In this document: piece after piece, positions 48,530-57,435 of the stretch
Numbering within the stretch: the stretch's first letter is position 1
Layout of the letters: each line of letters opens with the position of its first letter
Translations under genes and position numbers: made by a program
Notes under the pieces: generated by a model
Database searches by the model: none
Told to the model about the DNA's origin: nothing
Seen by the model: the letters and a program-made list of their open reading frames with translations, nothing else
Assembly: GCA_965248195.1 (NCBI GenBank)
Contig: CBDFIQ010000001.1
Location: 672,001 to 736,000 of the forward strand
Direction: 5' to 3'
From: Longimicrobiales bacterium
Lineage (GTDB): Bacteria; Gemmatimonadota; Gemmatimonadetes; Longimicrobiales; Gaopeijiaceae
Length of the DNA stretch: 64,000 nucleotides

Positions 48530-49959
48530 GCAGCACAACCGATCTCAGGTCCTCCTCCTCGGCAACTCTGGCGCCTCCCGCTCCGGGGCGGCTCGAGACG
48601 GTGTCGCCGAGCGGTAGGTGTGGTCCCTACACTCCGCATATCGTAGCGTGGAACCTCACGAAACGATGCAACCTGGCGTGCGCGCACTGTTATATCTCGG
48701 CGGGTTCCTGGCATGCGGCCGACGATGAGCTTTCAACGGACGAGTGCCTGCGCATCCTCGATGAGATTCTCGACGTGAATCCCCACCCCATGCTGATCCT
48801 CACGGGGGGGGAGCCCCTATTGCGGGACGACCTGGAAACCCTGGCGGAGCGAGCCTCGACGCGGGGCGCCACAGTCGTGGTCGGCACGAATGGGACGCGT
48901 CTGACCGACCAGCGCATCGGCTCTCTGTTGGAGGCCGGTGTCAAGGGTGTCGCCGTCAGCATCGACTCGCTCCGTCCCGAGTATCATGACCGCTTCCGGC
49001 ACGGTGGGGGTGCACTCACGGACACGATGGCGGCTGTCGAGCGCTGCTCCGCTCGTAGGCTCGATTTCGTTATTCAGACGACAGTCACGTCCGGCAATCG
49101 GCACGAGATCGCAGATTTGGCTCGCTGGTCGGCCGAAGCGGGAGCCGTTTCCTTCAACGTCTACTTCGTGGTCCCGACTGGGCGCGCAGAGCATATGCAG
49201 GGCATGAGTCCTGAGGAGAACGACGACGTTCTGCGTGAGCTCGTCGAGCTGGAGGGAACGTATCGCGGTCGCATGATGGTCCGCTCGAAGTGCCAACCCC
49301 AAATCATGCGGCACGTGGTCCAGGGCGATCCGGAGTCTCCCCTGCTGAACTACGAGACTCGCTGTCCATGTGGTGTCCACTACGTGCGCATCACGCCCGA
49401 GGGCAAGGTCACCCCGTGTCCTTACATGCCCGTGGTCGCGGGTGACCTGTTGACGCAGAGCTTTCAGGAGATCTGGGAGTCGTCGCCCGTCTTCACCCAG
49501 CTCAGGTCGGGGGAGCTCGGTGGGCGGTGCGGACTATGCGAATATCGGGAGGTGTGCGGAGGATGCCGCGCCCGCGCCTATGCCGACAGCGGCGACTTCA
49601 TGGGTCCGGATGACTCCTGCGCCTATGAGCCATCGGGAGAGACACCCCTCATTGTGTCTCGCCAATCAGTCTCCTACGGACGGTCAGGCCCGGGTGGGCC
49701 ATTGGTCGCCGACGGCGGCGCGGCCTCCACCGAGCAACCCGCATCGGTCGCACTGGAGTGGTCCCCGGAAGCCCTCGCCCGTATCGACGGCGTACCGAGC
49801 TTCGTTCGGGGGGTGGTCATGGCAAGGGTCGAGAAGTTCGCCCATGACCGAGGGTACGCATGTGTGGATGTGGAAGTCATGGAGGAGGTACGTCGAAACC
49901 TCCCTGTGGATTTCTCCAAGAAACTTCCGTTCTTCTTGGGAAGAGGGGGAACGGCATGA
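48526..49959 (+). CDS. AhbD/NirJ-like radical SAM-SPASM protein with a C-terminal PCP_red-like domain
   Basis: WNLTKRCNLACAHC, LTGGEPLLR, HDRFR, VPTGR, CPCG...PCP...CGLC...CGGCRARAY; LEWSPEALARIDGVPSFVR. Confidence 0.85.
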   Translation: MSSTTDLRSSSSATLAPPAPGRLETVSPSGRCGPYTPHIVAWNLTKRCNLACAHCYISAGSWHAADDELSTDECLRILDEILDVNPHPMLILTGGEPLLRDDLETLAERASTRGATVVVGTNGTRLTDQRIGSLLEAGVKGVAVSIDSLRPEYHDRFRHGGGALTDTMAAVERCSARRLDFVIQTTVTSGNRHEIADLARWSAEAGAVSFNVYFVVPTGRAEHMQGMSPEENDDVLRELVELEGTYRGRMMVRSKCQPQIMRHVVQGDPESPLLNYETRCPCGVHYVRITPEGKVTPCPYMPVVAGDLLTQSFQEIWESSPVFTQLRSGELGGRCGLCEYREVCGGCRARAYADSGDFMGPDDSCAYEPSGETPLIVSRQSVSYGRSGPGGPLVADGGAASTEQPASVALEWSPEALARIDGVPSFVRGVVMARVEKFAHDRGYACVDVEVMEEVRRNLPVDFSKKLPFFLGRGGTA

Positions 49960-51737
49960 GCTTGAAGCTCCTGGGGGTGATGGGCCTCTCCGCGCTGGCC
50001 ATTCACCTGTTCCCCGAGGTGGCCTGGGCGCAGGATATCGCCGGCCGAAGCTACGGGGACTTCCCCTTGGTCGGGGGGCGTGTGGCGGTCTGGGTCGCGG
50101 CGCAGGTCCACCTTCTCTTCGCGGCGTTCGTGCTCGGCGTGCCCATGTTCGCTGTGGTTGCCGAGGCCATCGGAATGTTCGGGGGGGACTCGAAGTACGA
50201 TAAGCTTGCGAAGGAGTTCACCCGGCTGTTGCTCGTGGCATACTCCGCCACGGCGATCTGGGGAGCGATCCTCTCCTTCCTCCTCATCACGATCTTCCCG
50301 AACCTCTGGATCTACCTTGCGGAGATCTTCGAGGTCTCCATGTGGATCTACGTGGGACTCTTCTTCTTCGAGTCCTTCACGCTCTACCTGTATTACTACG
50401 GCTGGGATCGCTGGAATCAGGGTCGGGCCAAGCTGGGCCACTGGACGTTGGGCATCTTGTTGAACGTCTTTGGCACGGCGGTGATGCTCATTGCCAACTC
50501 GTGGCTCACCTACATGATGAGCCCGCCGGCGGACGTGGGTCCCGACACCGCACCTGGTATGGTCCGAGTGTGGAGCGCCTTCGTGAACGCGACCTGGATG
50601 CCCATCAACATCCACCGGTTAATCGCCAACGTCGTGTTCGGTGGAGCGATCGTGGGCGCGTATGCGGCCTACCGCTTCCTGCTGGCCAGGACCGATGAAG
50701 AGCGCGCCCACTACGACTGGATGGGATACGTGGGAAACCTGATCGCGATCGGCGCGCTCATTGTCCTGCCCTTCGCCGGCTACTACCTCGGCCGAGAGCT
50801 CTACGAGTACAGCCCGCAGATGGGCAACACCCTGATGGGTGGCTTCATGAGCTGGCTCTGGATCATCCAGGCCTTCCTTATCGGGGTGCTCTTCCTGGCG
50901 GGCAACTACTACTTGTGGGTGGGAATGGGGCGGATTCCGGGGGCCGAGCGCTTCACCCCCTACACCAAGTACATGTTGTTCGTGCTCGTGGTGGGCGTGA
51001 TCGTGTGGGCGACGCCGCACACGATGATCGCCAACCGGGAAGAGATCGCCGCCATGGGCGGAACGTACCACCCGCTCCTGGGTGTCCTTGGTGTCATGAG
51101 CGCCAAGAACACGGCTGTGAACATCATGATCTTGACCACGTTCCTCTCGTTCCTGCTCTACGGGCGCGCGAACAACAACCCGACGGTTCCGTGGGCCAGG
51201 ACTGGGACGATGGTGCAGGCGGCTCTGTTCGTGATCTCCGCGCTCATTGTCGTGTTCTACGGGGTGTACGGCTACTTCGTCAGCGCGATCGTTCGCATCG
51301 GTTTCTCGGTTTATCAGGTCGTGGCGGTGCTCGCGACCATCATCGGCGTGGGCGCAATTCATGTGTTCATGATGCGGGGCGCGGAGTCGCGTGGTGCGAT
51401 CCGGTGGGGTCAGATGCCCCCCCGTTCCCAGTACGCGCTGTTCATCCTAGCCGTCACGTTCACATGGCTGATGGGTCTCATGGGCTTCGCCCGGAGCGGC
51501 ATCCGCCAGCACTGGCATGTATGGGAAGTCGTGCGGGACACGAGTGAATGGGCAGAGACGCCGGCGCTCGGGTACGCGGCCGTCGTGATCTCCGCCTGTG
51601 TGCTGATCTTCTTCGTCCTCGTGGCGTTCATTTTCTGGCTCGGTGGCTTGGCCGAGAAACCGTTGGTATCGCAGGCGAGCACGGACACCTCTCCGTCACC
51701 GGGAGGGCCGGAGTTCGCTCCTGCCGCGGGCGACTGA
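49956..51737 (+). CDS. cytochrome bd subunit I (CydA)-like membrane protein, no cydB adjacent
   Basis: QVHLLFAAF, FFESFTLYLYYYGWD, ANSWLTYMMSP, NIHRLIAN, IRQHW; ATG 49956 overlaps the upstream stop. Confidence 0.8.
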   Translation: MSLKLLGVMGLSALAIHLFPEVAWAQDIAGRSYGDFPLVGGRVAVWVAAQVHLLFAAFVLGVPMFAVVAEAIGMFGGDSKYDKLAKEFTRLLLVAYSATAIWGAILSFLLITIFPNLWIYLAEIFEVSMWIYVGLFFFESFTLYLYYYGWDRWNQGRAKLGHWTLGILLNVFGTAVMLIANSWLTYMMSPPADVGPDTAPGMVRVWSAFVNATWMPINIHRLIANVVFGGAIVGAYAAYRFLLARTDEERAHYDWMGYVGNLIAIGALIVLPFAGYYLGRELYEYSPQMGNTLMGGFMSWLWIIQAFLIGVLFLAGNYYLWVGMGRIPGAERFTPYTKYMLFVLVVGVIVWATPHTMIANREEIAAMGGTYHPLLGVLGVMSAKNTAVNIMILTTFLSFLLYGRANNNPTVPWARTGTMVQAALFVISALIVVFYGVYGYFVSAIVRIGFSVYQVVAVLATIIGVGAIHVFMMRGAESRGAIRWGQMPPRSQYALFILAVTFTWLMGLMGFARSGIRQHWHVWEVVRDTSEWAETPALGYAAVVISACVLIFFVLVAFIFWLGGLAEKPLVSQASTDTSPSPGGPEFAPAAGD

Positions 51738-53266
51738 TGCAGGATTCGACGGTGGGCATACTGGCGTCGTTCGAGTACGTAGACTCGGCCGTGAACGCCA
51801 TCGGTGAGTTACGGGCGGCCGGCCTCAAGAAGATCACCGCTTACATGCCGTATCCCGAGGCTCAAATCGAAGAGGCGCTCGGGTACGATCAGAGTCCCGT
51901 CAGGGTGTGGGCGTTGGCGGGTGGGCTCTGCGGCGCTGCCGGTGGGTTCGCTCTCACGTCCTTTACCTCGATGGATTGGCCGTTGGTCACGGGTGGCAAG
52001 CCGATCCTTTCGATTCCCGCGTACGTGATCATCTCGTTCGAGATGATGGTGTTGTTCGGTGTGTTGTCTACCGTGATTGGGCTCTTCATCAACAGTCGCC
52101 TTCCTTATGTCAAGCCGATGGTCGTCTACGATCCGGAATTCAGCGCGGGCAAGTTCGGGGTCTACGTGACCGTGGCGGCGGATGGCCTCGACCGAGCCAG
52201 GGGCATCCTGAAGGGTCAGGACCCCGCTGAAATCCGGGAAGATCCGGTGGGGGTAGCCCATGCGCCGCCAGGAATCGACTTAGGACCTGAAATTCAGGAA
52301 GAGCCGGTGGGGGTGGCGCCGCCAGGATTCGAATTAGGATCTGCAATTCCGGAAGATCTGGTGGAGGGGGCCCATACGCCGCCAGGATTCGAATTAGGAT
52401 CTGAAATTCGGGAAGATCCGGTGGGGGTGGCCCATGCGTTGTCAGGATCCGACTCAGGATACGAGTCTCGCTCGATGCTGTTGGAAAACCTGAAGATTTT
52501 CGCGGTCGTGATCGGAACGCTTGCCACCTTCACGCTCGTGGCCAATTCCATTCCGCAGGTACAGTCAGAGGTGCCCGTGGACCTCAGCTTCGGCGCCAAC
52601 GTTAGCGCCGATGAGCTGATGTCGTCCGGGGAGACCCTCTTCACCGGGGCCGGCGGCTGTCTAGCCTGTCACGGGTTGGGCACGAGGGCTCCGAACCTTC
52701 TCACCGACCACGCCGGCACGGGCACGATCGGCGTCCGGTGCACGAATCGCGTGCCCGGTGAGGACTGCAAGGCATACCTTTACAGCTCGATGGTGGACCC
52801 GGGCGCCTACCTCGTGGAGGACTTCGAACCGATCATGCCCGACATGCGTCGCTCTCTCTCGAACCAGCAGATCTGGGCGCTCGTGGCCTACTTGCAGTCC
52901 GTGGGGGGCGTGGTGACCGTAACGGGTGCAGACATCGGTGTTGGCGACGATGGCTCGAGCGTGGCAGGAGCCCCGACCGCAGGGGCGCCTGCGACCGCCT
53001 CTGCGGATCCCGTCGAGATCATGCGCGCCAACGCGTGCCTCGGTTGCCACGTCCTCGCCGGAGAGGGAACAGAGATGGGTCCCCCGTTCGACGGGATGGG
53101 CGCGCGCGTGGACGCCGACTATATACGAGAATCGATTCTGGAGCCGGCGGCCGGCGCATCAGAGGGCTTCGAGACATTCTTAGGCGCAATGCCTCCGATT
53201 TTCGGCAGCCAGCTCACTGGGAGTCAGTTGGAAGCCGTCGTGCAGTTCCTGGTAAGCCAACGCTAA
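51737..53266 (+). CDS. DUF3341/ActD domain fused to a diheme cytochrome c
   Basis: YMPYP, DWPLVTGGKP, FEMMVLFG, YDPEFS; repeat linker; CLACH and CLGCH with MP axial motifs. Confidence 0.85.
   Translation: MQDSTVGILASFEYVDSAVNAIGELRAAGLKKITAYMPYPEAQIEEALGYDQSPVRVWALAGGLCGAAGGFALTSFTSMDWPLVTGGKPILSIPAYVIISFEMMVLFGVLSTVIGLFINSRLPYVKPMVVYDPEFSAGKFGVYVTVAADGLDRARGILKGQDPAEIREDPVGVAHAPPGIDLGPEIQEEPVGVAPPGFELGSAIPEDLVEGAHTPPGFELGSEIREDPVGVAHALSGSDSGYESRSMLLENLKIFAVVIGTLATFTLVANSIPQVQSEVPVDLSFGANVSADELMSSGETLFTGAGGCLACHGLGTRAPNLLTDHAGTGTIGVRCTNRVPGEDCKAYLYSSMVDPGAYLVEDFEPIMPDMRRSLSNQQIWALVAYLQSVGGVVTVTGADIGVGDDGSSVAGAPTAGAPATASADPVEIMRANACLGCHVLAGEGTEMGPPFDGMGARVDADYIRESILEPAAGASEGFETFLGAMPPIFGSQLTGSQLEAVVQFLVSQR
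52227..52460 (+). repeat. 60/54-bp imperfect tandem repeats x4 forming the ActD-cytochrome linker
   Basis: Units at 52227, 52287, 52341 and 52401, encoding EIREDPVGVAHAPPG-like peptides. Confidence 0.9.
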
Positions 53267-53282
53267 GGGGAGGCGAGAAACA

Positions 53283-54092
53283 GTGATGGGCAAGCACTTG
53301 AAGCATCCCTTCGGCCAGGCGGTCCTGGTCCTCGTGGTTTCTTACCTCTTGTTGGATTACGGAATCGCGTACATCTCGCCTTTGATCGGAATCACGAGCG
53401 ATCCGGTCCCGATCCCGAATTCCGTGCTGCTTCAGTATCTCATCACCGTAGGCGTGGGGATCCTCCTCTGGGTCAGCGACAACGATGCCCGCTGGGCTGA
53501 GTTCAAGGCGCCGATGCATCGCGTGATGGTGGACCCGGACCGGAAGACGGCTCGGAATTCGCTCATGGTGCTGGTGCCGATCCTCGTGGCGTTCGCGACC
53601 TTCAATCAGGTGAAACCCTCCGTGGCAGCGCCTGTGACCCTGCGCTCGATTCACCCGTCAGCTCCGGGCCAGTTCGACTTCCAGGGGACGACCGTGGAGC
53701 TCGCCGGCCTGGAGAATCCCTTGCGCTCGCGGGGCTCCCTGGAGGAGCACTACGAAGAAGGGAAGCGCGTCTACTATGAGAACTGTCTGGGCTGTCATGG
53801 TGACGGCCTGAACGGCCAGGGGCATTACGCGCATGGATTCAACCCTGCCCCCTTGAGCTTCCAGGACGTCGGCACCATCGCGCAGCTCGTCGAAAGCTTC
53901 GTTTTCTGGCGGATCGCGAAGGGGGGTCCCGGGCTCCCCACGGAGGGGGCCCCGTGGAACTCGGCCATGCCGGCATGGGAGGACTTCCTCACCGAAGATG
54001 AGATCTGGTCCGTGATCATCTTCTTGTATGACCAGACCGGTCACGAGCCGCGCACGTTTGAAGAGGAAGCCGGGGAAGGGGAGGCGGAATGA
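53283..54092 (+). CDS. membrane-anchored monoheme cytochrome c
   Basis: Three hydrophobic segments, then NCLGCHG and SAMPAW. Confidence 0.85.
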   Translation: MMGKHLKHPFGQAVLVLVVSYLLLDYGIAYISPLIGITSDPVPIPNSVLLQYLITVGVGILLWVSDNDARWAEFKAPMHRVMVDPDRKTARNSLMVLVPILVAFATFNQVKPSVAAPVTLRSIHPSAPGQFDFQGTTVELAGLENPLRSRGSLEEHYEEGKRVYYENCLGCHGDGLNGQGHYAHGFNPAPLSFQDVGTIAQLVESFVFWRIAKGGPGLPTEGAPWNSAMPAWEDFLTEDEIWSVIIFLYDQTGHEPRTFEEEAGEGEAE

Positions 54093-55717
54093 GTTTTTCC
54101 GGTGTTCCCAAGTGGGCGCCCCTGGCCGTTTTGTTCGCTGCGGCGTCGGCATTGGCCGTGGGCGGCTGTGGAGATGGAGGAGGAGGAGGAGGCGTGGGCA
54201 ACCTGAGCGCGCAGGACGGCGACGATCTCGGCCAGGTCACCTATGACCGTTGGTGTGCGGGCTGCCACGGTGTGGACGGGACCGGCGACGGCCCCGGAGC
54301 CGGTTACATGCTTCCGCGGCCCCGGGATTTCACCCAGGCGCTGTATCAGATTCGTACGACGGCCAGCGGCGAGCTCCCGACGGATGAGGATATACTCGCC
54401 ATCATAGACCAGGGGATGCCGGGCACGACGATGCCTGGGTGGGAGGATCTTCTTTCGAACGACGAGAGAGACTCGCTGGTCCAGTATCTCAAGACGTTCT
54501 CTCGCTTCTTCTCTCCCGATGAGGTGCCGCAGCCGCTCGAGTTCGGTCGCGCCACCCGGTCGAATGCGGACGTGCTCGCTGAAGGTGAGCGGCTGTTCCG
54601 TGAAGTAGCAGATTGCGCGGCGTGTCACGGGGAAGGGGGCCGAGGCGACGGAGAGTCCTCGCCGACGCTGGCTGATGACGGGGACTTTCCCGTTCGCGCG
54701 GCTGATCTGACTGAAAACTGGCTGTTCAACGGCGGCGGAGACGCCGAGGACATCTACCGTCGACTGTTGACGGGTCTGGACGGCACACCCATGCCGAGCT
54801 TGGCCGACGTCATCACGGCGGGTGTCATCACCAGCGATCAGCTCTGGGCCATCGCGCACTACGTTCGCAGTCTTGCTCCGGAGGACCCGCCGGGAATCAC
54901 CGAGGTGGTCCGGGGCGTCCTCTTCGAGGACGTTCCGCTTCCCTCCTCGGTCGGCGACGAGGCGTGGGATGCCGTCGAGCGCGCGTACCTCCCGCTCGTT
55001 GGACAGATCATTGTGATGCCGCGCTGGTTCGACCCCCGGGTGGACGGCGTTTGGGTGCAGGCCGCGCATGACGGAGAAACGGTGGCCGTGCGCGTTACCT
55101 GGAGCGACCCCAACAACAGCCCCGATCCTCTGTGGGCGGACTGGAAGTCCTTGGTGACCTCGCTCATGCAGCCGAAAGAGGGCGACCCACCGGATGAAGG
55201 GCCGACGCCCGATCAACTCGTTGTCCAGTTCCCGATGCAGATGCCGGAAGGGATGGAGCTGCCTTTTTTCCTGGGCGGAGACAACCGCCGTCCGGTGTAT
55301 CTGTGGCAGTGGCGAAGTGACGGTGATGGCGCACTCGAAGGCGAGGCCCGCGGCATCGGGACCGAGGCCTTCCAATCGGAGGGGCTAGACCTTACCGTAG
55401 ACGCCTCACATGCCGACGGCCAATGGCGGGTCATGTTCACGAGGCCGCTCGTCACGGAGAACGAAGGCGACCTCGATTTCGTGATTGGTGAGGCCATTCC
55501 GATGGCCTTGTTCGCCTGGGATGGAGACAACGGGGAATCAGGCACCAGAGGTGCGGTCAGCTCCTGGTACTTCTTGTTCCTCGAGGACGCCACTCCAGCA
55601 ACTGTATTTGTAGCCCCCGCTTTGGCTATGATGTTGACGGCCGCGTTGGGGTTCTTGGTGGTAGGCCGCGCCCAGAAGAGGGAGAGGGAGGGCGGTGAAG
55701 TAGAAAGAGAGCGGTGA
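54089..55717 (+). CDS. diheme cytochrome c fused to an ethylbenzene-dehydrogenase-gamma (heme b, DOMON-like) domain; lipoprotein signal and C-terminal TM
   Basis: AVGGC lipobox, CAGCH, CAACH, PRPRDFT, GTPMP, WSDP, YLWQW, WRVMFTRPL, FAWDG. Confidence 0.82.
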   Translation: MSFSGVPKWAPLAVLFAAASALAVGGCGDGGGGGGVGNLSAQDGDDLGQVTYDRWCAGCHGVDGTGDGPGAGYMLPRPRDFTQALYQIRTTASGELPTDEDILAIIDQGMPGTTMPGWEDLLSNDERDSLVQYLKTFSRFFSPDEVPQPLEFGRATRSNADVLAEGERLFREVADCAACHGEGGRGDGESSPTLADDGDFPVRAADLTENWLFNGGGDAEDIYRRLLTGLDGTPMPSLADVITAGVITSDQLWAIAHYVRSLAPEDPPGITEVVRGVLFEDVPLPSSVGDEAWDAVERAYLPLVGQIIVMPRWFDPRVDGVWVQAAHDGETVAVRVTWSDPNNSPDPLWADWKSLVTSLMQPKEGDPPDEGPTPDQLVVQFPMQMPEGMELPFFLGGDNRRPVYLWQWRSDGDGALEGEARGIGTEAFQSEGLDLTVDASHADGQWRVMFTRPLVTENEGDLDFVIGEAIPMALFAWDGDNGESGTRGAVSSWYFLFLEDATPATVFVAPALAMMLTAALGFLVVGRAQKREREGGEVERER

Positions 55718-55751
55718 ATTAGAAAGAGAGACGGTGAAGTAGAAAGAGAGA
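55693..55751. repeat. 19-20-bp tandem repeat x3 spanning the stop codon (cggtgaagtagaaagagag)
   Basis: Units at 55693, 55712 and 55732. Confidence 0.85.
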
Positions 55752-55804
55752 CACCGAATTCGAGACAGCGAATAGGTGAACCATTTTATCATATTGGAGG
55801 CATA

Positions 55805-56650
55805 ATGTCGGATCGATTTGAATTGCGCGGGGTCGTCGCGCCCACACTCATGCTGCTGGTCATGGCCGGCTGCGGTGGCGGAGACGGAGGTGGCGCCTCC
55901 GGTGGCGCCGGAGGCGGTGCCGCCGTGGAAAACCCGGTGGATGCGGCCACGGCCGGCAACATCGCGGGCTCCATCGTCTTCGAGGGAGACGCGCCCAGCA
56001 TGGACGTCATCAACATGGGCAGCGAGTCCGTGTGTGCGGACAAGCACGCGTCGTCGCCGATGATCGAGGAGGTTGTCGTCAACAGCAACGGTACTCTTGC
56101 CAACGTGTTCGTCTACGTGAGGGAAGGGCTGGAGAGCCTCCAGTTCCCAACGCCCGCAGCGGTACTGCTCGACCAGAATGGATGCGTCTACATTCCGCAC
56201 GTTTTGGGCGTGATGGCGGGCCAAGACATTACGATCAGGAACAGCGACGGGCTCTTGCACAACATCAACGCAACACCCGCCGAACAGCGCGGATTCAACA
56301 CCAGTCAGCCGGTCGCCATGGAGACCACGCGAAGCTTCGGGACGGCCGAGGTCATGGTTCCGCTGCGCTGTGACGTTCATGGTTGGATGAACGCTTATGT
56401 TGGCGTCCTCGATCATCCGTACCACTCCGTCTCGAACGGCAGTGGCGCCTTCGACCTGTCGACGCTGCCTCCGGGCGAGTACGTGATCGAAGCGTGGCAT
56501 GAGCGCTACGGAACTCAGACCCAGAACGTGACGGTGACCACCGGTGAGACCGCCGAGGTCACGTTCACGTTCAGCCCATCTATGGCCCAGAACGCCGTGG
56601 TGCCTCTCGGTACTCCGATCGACTTTCACGCAATCGCGGAAGCATCCTAA
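55805..56650 (+). CDS. lipoprotein with cupredoxin-like and carboxypeptidase-regulatory-like domains
   Basis: MAGC lipobox; DQNGCVYIPHV, NSDGLLHN, CDVHGWM, LPPGEY...WHE. Confidence 0.78.
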   Translation: MSDRFELRGVVAPTLMLLVMAGCGGGDGGGASGGAGGGAAVENPVDAATAGNIAGSIVFEGDAPSMDVINMGSESVCADKHASSPMIEEVVVNSNGTLANVFVYVREGLESLQFPTPAAVLLDQNGCVYIPHVLGVMAGQDITIRNSDGLLHNINATPAEQRGFNTSQPVAMETTRSFGTAEVMVPLRCDVHGWMNAYVGVLDHPYHSVSNGSGAFDLSTLPPGEYVIEAWHERYGTQTQNVTVTTGETAEVTFTFSPSMAQNAVVPLGTPIDFHAIAEAS

Positions 56651-56748
56651 GTGGCTACGGCGTCTGCCGGTCCACTCCCTGAACGGACCGGCAGGGGCCT
56701 CTCCACTACAACTGCTAGACTCACACTCCAGCTCGGGAGACGAGTGGG

Positions 56749-57435
56749 ATGAGGTATTTTTCCTGGGTGATGCCGGACAACGTCGTGTCGACGTTCGGGC
56801 CAGCTCTAGACAACCTGTGGCTCGTGATCCTTTGGATCACGGGTATCATCTTCTTCGCCACGGAGATCGTCTTGTTGGTCTTCATGGTGAAGTACCGCCA
56901 CAAGGAGGGACGTAAGGCGGAGTACATCCACGGCAGCAATAAGGCCGAGATTATCTGGACGACGATCCCCTTCGTCATCGTCATGGGTTTGGCCTTCTAC
57001 TCGAAGGGCATCTGGGACGAGATCCGCGATCAAAGCCGCATCCCGGCCGACGCATATGAGATCAACATGATAGCCAGTCAGTTCGAGTGGAACGCCACCT
57101 ATGCGGGGGCCGACGGAGAGTTCGACACGTCGGACGATTTCGTTTCCCTAAACGCACTGCACATTCCGGTCGCTCAACCCGTTGTAGTCCAGTTGATGGC
57201 CCAAGACGTGATCCACTCGTTCTTTCTACCCGAGTTCCGGGTCAAGCAGGATGCGGTGCCCGGCCACGTCACCCCGGTCTGGTTCGAGGCGACACGGACC
57301 GGTGAGTTTACCCTGGCCTGCGCGGAGCTCTGCGGGCTCGGGCACTATAGGATGGGGGGGACGGTCATCGTCCATTCACAGGCTGATTTCCAAGATTGGC
57401 TCGCGGAGCAGCAAGCCGAAGCGGAGGATGACTGA
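56749..57435 (+). CDS. coxB: cytochrome c oxidase subunit II
   Basis: EIIWT, QFEW, DVIHSF, CAELCGLGHYRM (CuA). Confidence 0.95.
   Translation: MRYFSWVMPDNVVSTFGPALDNLWLVILWITGIIFFATEIVLLVFMVKYRHKEGRKAEYIHGSNKAEIIWTTIPFVIVMGLAFYSKGIWDEIRDQSRIPADAYEINMIASQFEWNATYAGADGEFDTSDDFVSLNALHIPVAQPVVVQLMAQDVIHSFFLPEFRVKQDAVPGHVTPVWFEATRTGEFTLACAELCGLGHYRMGGTVIVHSQADFQDWLAEQQAEAEDD

Noticed and set aside
43720..49959. Protochlorophyllide reductase or photosynthesis cluster
   Set aside because: Only the short PCP_red-like module is present; no nitrogenase-fold BchN/BchB core or other bch genes.
54089..55717. Nitrite oxidoreductase or ethylbenzene dehydrogenase complex
   Set aside because: Only a gamma-like heme domain is present; no molybdopterin or Fe-S subunit in the window.
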